A stretch of DNA of 22,764 nt, from NCBI GenBank assembly GCA_040754495.1, contig JBFMCO010000055.1:1-22764 (forward strand), read 5' to 3'. The notes below the pieces were generated by a model, which saw nothing but the letters and a program-made list of their open reading frames with translations, made no database searches and was not told where the DNA came from. Positions 16,098 to 22,764 of the stretch are shown piece after piece (positions within the stretch are counted from its first letter, which is position 1; each line of letters begins with the position of its first letter). Both the position numbers and the translations under genes were made by a program. The DNA comes from Candidatus Micrarchaeota archaeon (GTDB taxonomy: Archaea; Micrarchaeota; Micrarchaeia; Anstonellales; Bilamarchaeaceae).

Positions 16098-17219
16098 TCA
16101 CCTGAACCGTTCCGCATTTATCTGCGTGATGCATTTGCCCATTATCGGGTCCGACTCCCAACCGGACATGTCCATGCCAGCTGCGGATGCCTTCTGCATT
16201 ATGATGGAATACGCTTCGGCATTGACCTGGGTGGACATGATGGTGTCGAACGTCCCTGCACCGAGCCTTGCGTCGAGCAGCGTCCGGACTTCGGTGAAAT
16301 CGCCGCTGAGATATGCCCTGCGCAGCGGCTCCTCGCCGACAGCCTGCTGCATGATGAAGCCTATGGCCGTCTCGTACGGATATGCGACGCCTTGTGGGTC
16401 GTAGCCGCGCGAACGGGTAAGCTGCTGGGCGTGCAGCTCGGTCAGGCCTTCGTGGATGTTCCAGTAGCCCTCCCCGCGTATTACAGGAGCGCCCCGGTCG
16501 TCCCGCCACCTGATTCCCGACCCGCCGCCAAGGAATGAAGCGTAATGGAGCTGCTCGTGGACCATGAGGTTGTATGCAGTGTCCTCGCTCCTTGAAATCG
16601 TCACGACGATGTGGTTCGTTCCCGGAAAGTAGAAACCCAGGTGGCTGCCAAGGCCAGCTTCCCCCATTGCCCTGAACCATTCGGGCGTTTCAGTCGTCGC
16701 CACAGGCGGGACTGCGGAAAACCTATCGTAAACCGTATCGCCGAGAAATTCACGTGTCATCCACTGCGTGGCGATTTCGGTGTTCATCGCTGTCGCGTCC
16801 TGCTGGCTTGACTCGCGCCTGTCAAGGCCTTCTGTCCTGGCTGCCAGCCACCCCCGCAGCTCCTCACTGAGGGCGGTTTCAGCCCTTTCGCGGAGCTCGT
16901 CGGAATGGGCTCTCGCTTCCTCAGGCGTGGCGAATGCCCGCTCCGGTTGCTGGAATCCCTGCGCCATCTGCCCATAGCGGCGCTCCACCGGGTTATCGGC
17001 ACGGCGGCTTCCGAGCAACGTGCGGATTCTTTCCGCCTGGCTGCCAAGGCTCCTCGTCGAGTCCATGGCCGCCTGCGTGGATGCGTCGAGACGCTGCTCC
17101 TCCCCGGCGGTGCGCACGGGAACTGCCCCGGCCACCCTCTGCCGCTGCTCCGTGACGACACGCACGGTGGCCTGCTCGGCCTCCTCGACCCTGCGCTCGA
17201 GAGCCTGGCCCCCCATCAT
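16098..17219 (-). CDS. Putative gluzincin-type Zn metallopeptidase (cassette copy 1)
   Basis: HEQLH followed about 32 aa later by HEGLTE. No signal peptide or TM. Start MMGGQALERRVE at 17219 (ATGA overlap with the small upstream gene). Confidence 0.8.
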   Translation of the reverse strand: MMGGQALERRVEEAEQATVRVVTEQRQRVAGAVPVRTAGEEQRLDASTQAAMDSTRSLGSQAERIRTLLGSRRADNPVERRYGQMAQGFQQPERAFATPEEARAHSDELRERAETALSEELRGWLAARTEGLDRRESSQQDATAMNTEIATQWMTREFLGDTVYDRFSAVPPVATTETPEWFRAMGEAGLGSHLGFYFPGTNHIVVTISRSEDTAYNLMVHEQLHYASFLGGGSGIRWRDDRGAPVIRGEGYWNIHEGLTELHAQQLTRSRGYDPQGVAYPYETAIGFIMQQAVGEEPLRRAYLSGDFTEVRTLLDARLGAGTFDTIMSTQVNAEAYSIIMQKASAAGMDMSGWESDPIMGKCITQINAERFR

Positions 17220-17509
17220 CCTGCCTCCAGGCGCGCCCTCGCGCGCTCGAGCCGCTCGCATATGTCTGCGAACTTCCCGAGCCGTGTGAGGACTGACGAG
17301 AAATCCCTGCTCCCCTTGAGCGACTCCTTTTCCCATCCTGAGAGAAGCTCGTGGGACATCTTCAGGTATGCGATGCGCCGCACCAGGCGCCGCGGCTTCT
17401 TCTTGGCCGCATCCCAGTAGGCCAGCGCCGCCTCGATTTTCGAAAGCGAGTCGCTGACCTTCTTCTGAGTCTCGGCCTCGAGCCCGGATGCCTTGGCTTC
17501 ATCTTCCAT
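17216..17509 (-). CDS. Small helical protein (cassette copy 1 partner, 97 aa)
   Basis: About 56% identical (44/79 by hand alignment) to 18736-19017. AAGGTG SD upstream. Confidence 0.85.
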   Translation of the reverse strand: MEDEAKASGLEAETQKKVSDSLSKIEAALAYWDAAKKKPRRLVRRIAYLKMSHELLSGWEKESLKGSRDFSSVLTRLGKFADICERLERARARLEAG

Positions 17510-17534
17510 GGATACACCTTGAGCGTTATGCTTT

Positions 17535-18734
17535 TTATCTCACGCTTTCCACCGCCCCTGCCTCCCGCCCCGGCGGTTGCCTCCCCATTCCCGCAGCCTC
17601 CGCGGCCGCCCCGGCAAGGCGTATCAGCGCATCATTGTCCCAGGCAGCAAGCCTCGCAGGCATCTTCTGCTCCGCTCGCTCCCTCAGGAAAAGCAGGGCG
17701 CCTGCCCCACCGCCCGTGGCGAGAAGCGCCTCGAACGTCCCTCCTCCGAGCACCTCGTCCACGCGCCTGCGGACCTCGGTGAAATCCCCGCTCAGGTAGG
17801 CGGCCCTCACGATATCGGTTCCGGCAAGCTGCTGCAGGTAGAATGCGACTGTGGTTTCGTTGGCATACGCAACGCGGCTTGTCCTCTGGCCGTGGGAGCG
17901 CACAAGCTGCTGCGCATGGAGCTCGGTCATCCCTTCGTTCAGCCACATGGCTTCCGTGAAAACCGGCCCCCCCTGCGCATCCCGGTAGCGAATGTTGCTT
18001 CCCCCTCCGAGCCAGGAGGCGTAGTGGAACATCTCGTGCGCGAGCACGTTCCGCTTGTCCCCTTCGGTCATGTCTTCGTCCATGAAAGTATCGACATTGA
18101 TGGATAGGTGGTTGGTGCCGGTATGGTACATCGCCCCGGCATACATCGGGGTTCCCTCCAGGTATGCGAGGAAGGAAAAGAAGCGGAAGGATTCACTGGT
18201 CACCACCGGAGGCGAGCGAGCGAAGCGGGCCGAGAGCGCCGTGCCGAGCACATCGGCCCCGAACCATCCGGCCACGCCGGCGGAAAGCCTTTCCGCTGAG
18301 CCCGGAGGCGCCTCGCGCCCCTCGGCATAGGGGGGTTTGCTCAGCGCCACGCCAGGGCCGTAGATGTGGGGGCGGATGCGCCGCAGCGCGTCAAGCACCC
18401 CGCGCTCCTCCTCCTGCGAGTGCGCCCTCGCTTCGGAAAAGTTCCGCAGGAACCGCTGGGGGCGGTCATGCCCCCGTCCGCTCGTGCGGAAGCGCGCTTC
18501 GAGCGAGAGCTGCTCCGCAGGCGTGCCGGAAGAGGGGAGCGGAACGGAAAAATCAGGATTTATCGTCCTTCCGTACGCGGCGAGCGAGCGAAGCGAATCG
18601 CAGGCCGCGGCCACGGAACCCGCCGTGCGCTCACGCTGAGGGGGCGCCTGCTCCAGCCCGCGGGCATGCTGGGTGACCTCGCCGGCGGCAGCGAGGGCAT
18701 CTTCCACGCGCCTCTCCAGTTTCAGGCCGCCCAT
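17535..18734 (-). CDS. Putative gluzincin-type Zn metallopeptidase (cassette copy 2)
   Basis: HEMFH followed about 30 aa later by NEGMTE. About 57% identical to copy 1 over the 105-aa core. Start MGGLKLERRVE. Confidence 0.8.
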   Translation of the reverse strand: MGGLKLERRVEDALAAAGEVTQHARGLEQAPPQRERTAGSVAAACDSLRSLAAYGRTINPDFSVPLPSSGTPAEQLSLEARFRTSGRGHDRPQRFLRNFSEARAHSQEEERGVLDALRRIRPHIYGPGVALSKPPYAEGREAPPGSAERLSAGVAGWFGADVLGTALSARFARSPPVVTSESFRFFSFLAYLEGTPMYAGAMYHTGTNHLSINVDTFMDEDMTEGDKRNVLAHEMFHYASWLGGGSNIRYRDAQGGPVFTEAMWLNEGMTELHAQQLVRSHGQRTSRVAYANETTVAFYLQQLAGTDIVRAAYLSGDFTEVRRRVDEVLGGGTFEALLATGGGAGALLFLRERAEQKMPARLAAWDNDALIRLAGAAAEAAGMGRQPPGREAGAVESVR

Positions 18735-18735
18735 T

Positions 18736-19017
18736 TCACATCCCCGATGCTTCGATGCCCCTGCATATTTCCATGAACCGCCTGAGGCGCTCCCGGACGG
18801 AAGCGTCGTCCCTGCGTCCCTTGAGCGAATCTCTCTCCCATCGGGACAGGAGGCCGTGGAAACGCCGCAGGTAGGTAATCCTTCCCTCGAGCCCTTTCGG
18901 CTTCCTCTTCGCTAAATCCCATTCCGAGAGGGCTGCCCCTATCCTGGAAAGCGAGGCGCTGACTTTCTGCCGCGTCTCCTCTTCGACCCTGAGAGCGTCA
19001 TCCCCTGCGGCGTCCAT
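18736..19017 (-). CDS. Small helical protein (cassette copy 2 partner, 93 aa)
   Basis: Paralogue of 17216-17509. TTTAAA at 19046-19041, 24 nt before ATG. 1-nt gap to the downstream peptidase. Confidence 0.85.
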   Translation of the reverse strand: MDAAGDDALRVEEETRQKVSASLSRIGAALSEWDLAKRKPKGLEGRITYLRRFHGLLSRWERDSLKGRRDDASVRERLRRFMEICRGIEASGM

Positions 19018-19048
19018 GGGTGAAGATATGTCCGCAAAGATTTAAACG

Positions 19049-20110
19049 TCAGGACTTTCCCCTGAGCCTGAACACCTTCGGCCTGAGCATCCCCTCCGCC
19101 TCGAGCTCCCCGGACTCTATCAGGCCCTTCTTCTCGAGAAGCTCCAGGTAGTTCCGTATCTGCCTTTTCGTCTTGGGGATTTTCCTGATGAACCGGTCGT
19201 AAAGCGCGGAGGACTCCAGCTCGCCTTCCCGCAGCAGCTCCATTATCAGCATCTCCTCTGACGTGAGTTTCAGCTCCGGGAGCTTGAATGCCGGCTCGGC
19301 CGAGACCGAATCCTCGAAATCCTGGAGCATTATCTTCTGCCTGCCGGCCTTCTCGGCCTGCTTCGCGGCCTTCCAGAGCCTTTCTATGGCGATGCGCGCA
19401 GAGCAGTCCTCGGCCGAGCGCACGATTTTCATGAGCAGGCGCTCGTCGTAGCTGCCGGGCGAGAGCGCCCTCTCCGCCCGTATCCGGAGTATGGAGAGCA
19501 GCTGCTCCGACGAGTACTGCCGGAATTCCATCTCCGAGAAGCGAAGCGAGCTGCGCACGCGCGAATCCAGCTTCGCAAGGAGCGCCTTGTTGTTCGTGAG
19601 CCCGACTATGCCGAAGGTGAGCCTCTGCTCGTTCGAGCGCGAGGCCACATAAAGCACCTTGTCGTCCCTGAGGCCGTCCATCTCGTCGAGCACGAGGAGG
19701 ATGGGCTTCTTGTAGTTCTTCACGTACTGCGATATGCGGTCGAATATCTCGTCGGCAGCGAGCCCCCTCCGCGGAAGCGGGAGCCTCATCTCCTCCACGA
19801 TGCGGTTGTAGACCGCCATCTGCGTCGTGTTGGCCCAGCAGTTCACATAGACAGGAAGGACCGCAGAGGAATGCTCGGAAAGCTGCTTCAGGATGTATTT
19901 CACGCACGTGGTCTTGCCGCTCCCGGACGGGCCGTGTATGAAAAGGTTGGTGGGGGTGCGCCGCGTGAGGAGAGGCTTTATCGCGTCGGCGATTGCCTGC
20001 AGCTCGTCATGCCGGTGCAGGAGCTCGTCGGGCACGTAGTCCGGGAGGAGGACCTCCTCAGACCTGATGATGCCAGGCTCCCTTTCCGCGCCGTCGAAAT
20101 AGTTCGGCAT
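19049..20110 (-). CDS. cdc6: Orc1/Cdc6 family replication initiator AAA+ ATPase
   Basis: PDYVPDELLHRHDE, Walker A GPSGSGKT, VYVNC, Walker B LLVLDEMD, RVRSSL, and a short C-terminal winged helix. ATTTAAAT at 20138-20131. Confidence 0.93.
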   Translation of the reverse strand: MPNYFDGAEREPGIIRSEEVLLPDYVPDELLHRHDELQAIADAIKPLLTRRTPTNLFIHGPSGSGKTTCVKYILKQLSEHSSAVLPVYVNCWANTTQMAVYNRIVEEMRLPLPRRGLAADEIFDRISQYVKNYKKPILLVLDEMDGLRDDKVLYVASRSNEQRLTFGIVGLTNNKALLAKLDSRVRSSLRFSEMEFRQYSSEQLLSILRIRAERALSPGSYDERLLMKIVRSAEDCSARIAIERLWKAAKQAEKAGRQKIMLQDFEDSVSAEPAFKLPELKLTSEEMLIMELLREGELESSALYDRFIRKIPKTKRQIRNYLELLEKKGLIESGELEAEGMLRPKVFRLRGKS

Positions 20111-20156
20111 GCGCTAATATCGCATGGAAGATTTAAATGAGGCGCGGAAGGAGGAG

Positions 20157-20170
20157 ATTTCCGCGGAAAT
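20157..20170. promoter_or_regulatory. Perfect 14-bp palindrome ATTTCCGCGGAAAT between the divergent cdc6 and nuclease promoters
   Basis: Self-complementary sequence in the AT-rich 101-bp spacer. Function unknown. Confidence 0.45.
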
Positions 20171-20211
20171 AATAAAAACAAATATAACGGTTGCCTGCCT
20201 TAGAGCCACCG

Positions 20212-21039
20212 ATGGCAGAGCAGATATGGGTGGTCAAGGAAAGCGGCGAGCGCGAGAGGTTCAGCGCGCAGAAAGCGAGGATGGCGCTCCGGAGGGTGGG
20301 CCTGAGCGGCAAGGAGAGCGACGAGGTCATCGGGAGGCTGCGGCCGAAGCTCCATGACGGCATAAAGACGAAAAACATATACGCCATGCTCTACCAGCTC
20401 GTCGAGGAGATGAAGCCCGAGGTCTCGCACAGGTACAACCTGAAGAGGGCGCTCTTCGAAATCGGGCCCGAGGGCTACGAGTTCGAGGATTTCATCGCGA
20501 AGCTGCTTGCGCTCGAGGGCTACCGCACCGAGCTCCGGCAGATTCTTACGGGAAAATGCGTCAACCACGAGATAGACGTCCTCGCGGCAAGGGACGGCGA
20601 CGCTTACATGATAGAGTGCAAGTTCCACAACCAGCCCGGCGCGAAATGCAGGATACAGACCGTGCTCTACGTCTATGCGAGGTTCCTCGACCTGAGGGCC
20701 GGGGCCGGCAGGGGCCTGTGCAGGAAGCTGACGAAGCCCTGGCTCGTGACCAACACGAAATTCTCCGAGGATGTCGTGAGCTATGCCGAGTGCATGGAAA
20801 TCCCGCTGCTCGGCTGGCGCTACCCGTTCCGGGAGAGCCTGGAAACCCTCATAGACAGGACCAAGTGCTATCCGGTCACTGTCATACCGATGCACCGCGA
20901 CATCCTGGGCAGGCTGCTCTCGCGCAAGATAGTCACCGTCTTCGACATCCCGGAGAGCGCGCAAAGGCTCGCGGACGTGAGCGGCATACCGCTCCCGAAG
21001 GCGCGGGAGATAATAGAGAAGGCGGAGTACGCCAGATAG
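20212..21039 (+). CDS. ATP-cone + Mrr-like PD-(D/E)xK restriction endonuclease domain protein
   Basis: N-terminal VVKESGERERFS ATP-cone, then FEDFIAKLL..EGY, EIDV and IECKFHN nuclease motifs. Start at 20212. Confidence 0.85.
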   Translation: MAEQIWVVKESGERERFSAQKARMALRRVGLSGKESDEVIGRLRPKLHDGIKTKNIYAMLYQLVEEMKPEVSHRYNLKRALFEIGPEGYEFEDFIAKLLALEGYRTELRQILTGKCVNHEIDVLAARDGDAYMIECKFHNQPGAKCRIQTVLYVYARFLDLRAGAGRGLCRKLTKPWLVTNTKFSEDVVSYAECMEIPLLGWRYPFRESLETLIDRTKCYPVTVIPMHRDILGRLLSRKIVTVFDIPESAQRLADVSGIPLPKAREIIEKAEYAR

Positions 21040-21184
21040 CGGTTTCCGGCAGCCGGTTTTCGGTTCCGGAACGGAACCGGAAAGCTTGCGGCACGCATGC
21101 CGCATGGTTTCCGGCAGCCCGAAGAGGGTTTCGGGTTTTGCGTTCCGCCCGAAACTGGAGACTGGAAACCGGAAACCACCGGGG
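21040..21184. repeat. Intergenic heptamer-based direct and inverted repeat element
   Basis: 14-bp direct repeat GGTTTCCGGCAGCC at 21041 and 21106. Tandem GAAACTG-GAGACTG-GAAACCG-GAAACCA (21151-21178). Hairpin 21057-21083. Nested stems 21105-21114/21169-21178 and 21128-21135/21148-21155. Confidence 0.75.
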
Positions 21185-21193
21185 TTGACCTCC

Positions 21194-21901
21194 ATGGAGA
21201 GGATTACAGAACTCGACGCCCTCCGGGGCGTGGCCATCCTGATGATGGCTGCCTACCACTTCATATTCGACATCTACTACCTGGGGTTCGCGCAGATAGA
21301 CCTCCAGTTCCTGCCGATACTGCTCTTCCAGCGCGCGACCGGCACGCTTTTCCTGCTTCTCGCCGGCGCCTCGCTCTGGCTGAGCGAGCGCCATAACAAG
21401 GAAGGGTATGGGAGGCATGCCAGGAGGGGGCTCCTGCTCGCCGCGGTCGCGGCCCTGATAACGCTCGGGACCTGGATTTACCCGCACGAGGGATTCATCA
21501 CATTCGGGATAATCCACATGATAGCGGCATCCACGTTCATAGCCCCGCTTTTCTTCAGGTTCGGCAGGCTTAATATCCTGCTCGGGCTGACTCTCATCAC
21601 CGCCGGCTTCTTCATCGGAGCGGTAGGGACCGATTCGCGCCTCCTCTTCCCGCTCGGCGTCACGTACCCGGGCTACACCGCCCTGGACTACTATCCCCTG
21701 ATACCGTGGTTCGGGGTGGTGCTTGTGGGGATGGAAGCCGGGCGCATCATCTTCCCGCGGGGGAAGGCGACGTGGAAGAGCCGGGATTCCGCATGGGCAT
21801 CGCGCCTTGCCTTCCTCGGGAGGAACTCCCTCGCGCTATACCTGGCCCACCAGCCCCTGATTCTAGGGGCGATGATGGCTTATCGGGCGCTCGCGCCCTG
21901 A
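21194..21901 (+). CDS. DUF1624 / heparan-alpha-glucosaminide N-acetyltransferase-like membrane protein
   Basis: RITELDALRGVAI..M..YH, FLLLAGASL, LDYYPLIPWFG and LGRNSLALYLAHQP motifs. Start at 21194. Confidence 0.88.
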   Translation: MERITELDALRGVAILMMAAYHFIFDIYYLGFAQIDLQFLPILLFQRATGTLFLLLAGASLWLSERHNKEGYGRHARRGLLLAAVAALITLGTWIYPHEGFITFGIIHMIAASTFIAPLFFRFGRLNILLGLTLITAGFFIGAVGTDSRLLFPLGVTYPGYTALDYYPLIPWFGVVLVGMEAGRIIFPRGKATWKSRDSAWASRLAFLGRNSLALYLAHQPLILGAMMAYRALAP

Positions 21902-21904
21902 CGC

Positions 21905-22764
21905 TCAGTCTCCGATGATTTCCGAAACCTGCCTTGCAGCCTCCACGCAGCTGCTCAGCTTGCCCGAAAATACGGAGATGAGCCGGCCGTCTATGCTCTG
22001 CACCATCGTGGGGCGGGCATCGGTCGCGTCCATTCCGGGAAGGACTGCGCGCACGGTGAACATGGAACCCACGTGCTCGGCCTTCCGTATTAGCGGCATG
22101 AACTCCGATGCGGATTCGATGAACCTTCCGAAATTGGTAATCGGCGGAGCCTTGACGATGCCTCTGTCCAGGAGCGGGAGGAATGCTGCGTCAATGTCTG
22201 GAAATTTCCCTACGTTCGTCTTGTGGATTGCGTGGACGACATTGCCAAGGAGATGAAGCCCGGTCTTTCCGAAAGGGTCCACGCACATGAATGGCCCGTC
22301 CATTATCACGACGCTTTTGCCTGCGAATGCAGGGGGAAGCTGCACGACCGGCTTCTCGCAAAGCTCGAACTGGAAATCCCGCTGCATCGAAGGCTCGCCG
22401 GAAAGGAGGGAGTTCAGACCGGAGTAGGTGCAGTTCACGACGATATCGTAGCTGCCGAGCGCGCCGTATTTTGCCTCGGAGCCGAGCCTGAGCGTCACGC
22501 GCGAGGCTTCCAGCCTGCGCCTGCAGATGCGGCGGAGGATGCCGGGGTCCAGGAGGTCCTCTTTCGCCCGGATGCACAGTGCCACCTTCCCTGGCCGGAG
22601 AATGTCCAGCGATGCCTCCTCGTGCTCCAGGCCATGGCGCCTGCAGAATTCCAGGTACGCCTCCGGGGACGTCAGGCTGCGCTCCCGGGCTATGCAGTAG
22701 TAGTGCTCGAGCCCGCTTATCACAGCCTTCCCGTACTCCCGCATGAACGAAGGGTGCTCCCTGA
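21905..22764 (-). CDS. FAD-dependent oxidoreductase (5' end outside the window)
   Basis: Frame stays open past 22744 to the window edge. YDIVVNCTY, ELCEKPVV, IMDGPF and FSGKLSSCV resemble the C-terminal part of DAO-like FAD oxidoreductases. The N-terminal GxGxxG motif is not visible. Confidence 0.7.
   Translation of the reverse strand, partial: REHPSFMREYGKAVISGLEHYYCIARERSLTSPEAYLEFCRRHGLEHEEASLDILRPGKVALCIRAKEDLLDPGILRRICRRRLEASRVTLRLGSEAKYGALGSYDIVVNCTYSGLNSLLSGEPSMQRDFQFELCEKPVVQLPPAFAGKSVVIMDGPFMCVDPFGKTGLHLLGNVVHAIHKTNVGKFPDIDAAFLPLLDRGIVKAPPITNFGRFIESASEFMPLIRKAEHVGSMFTVRAVLPGMDATDARPTMVQSIDGRLISVFSGKLSSCVEAARQVSEIIGD

Noticed and set aside
17220-17336. Upstream in-frame extension of peptidase copy 1 (possible frameshift fusion with the small gene)
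   Set aside because: The paralogue alignment starts at MGG. The ATGA overlap is ordinary translational coupling, and I see no slippery site.
21040-21184. CRISPR array or tRNA
   Set aside because: The repeat is 14 bp with only two copies, there are no cas genes, and there is no cloverleaf or T-loop motif.
20111-21184. Definite replication origin next to cdc6
   Set aside because: There are no multiple well-formed ORBs with G-strings flanking an AT-rich unwinding element. Kept only as low-confidence findings.
700-22577. Numerous long alternative-frame ORFs in the track (e.g. 4203..4892, 10612..11430, 12477..13109, 15079..15873, 18939..19907, 20200..21237)
   Set aside because: They are Arg/Gly/Pro/Ala-rich or antisense shadows that overlap well-supported genes, as expected from stop-codon scarcity at high GC.

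Overview
A GC-rich archaeal chromosomal segment, densely coded on both strands. Archaeal markers include aRF1, RNase P subunit Rpp21, NMD3, Orc1/Cdc6, DUF63, DUF2070 and an archaeal-type GGPP synthase, plus TATA boxes about 21-26 nt upstream of many start codons. The gene set and style suggest a DPANN lineage such as Ca. Micrarchaeota, but that is inference only. Housekeeping genes are interleaved with several lineage-specific paralogue pairs. (1) A tandemly duplicated two-gene cassette, a small helical protein followed by a cytoplasmic HExxH...EGxTE (gluzincin-type) metallopeptidase, sits directly downstream of cdc6 (16098-19017); this is the best candidate for an undescribed system. (2) Two overlapping archaemetzincin-like proteases have unusual Zn-ligand spacing. 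(3) Two head-to-head beta-carbonic anhydrases occur; the divergent one is missing from the supplied ORF track. (4) Two coupled membrane proteins share a previously unrecognised 4-Cys extracellular domain. Non-coding signals include a TetR-style palindrome, a 14-bp palindrome upstream of cdc6, overlapping divergent promoters and a structured heptamer-repeat intergenic element. I saw no rRNA, tRNA, CRISPR array, transposase or integrase. All family assignments come from motif recognition by eye, not from database searches.
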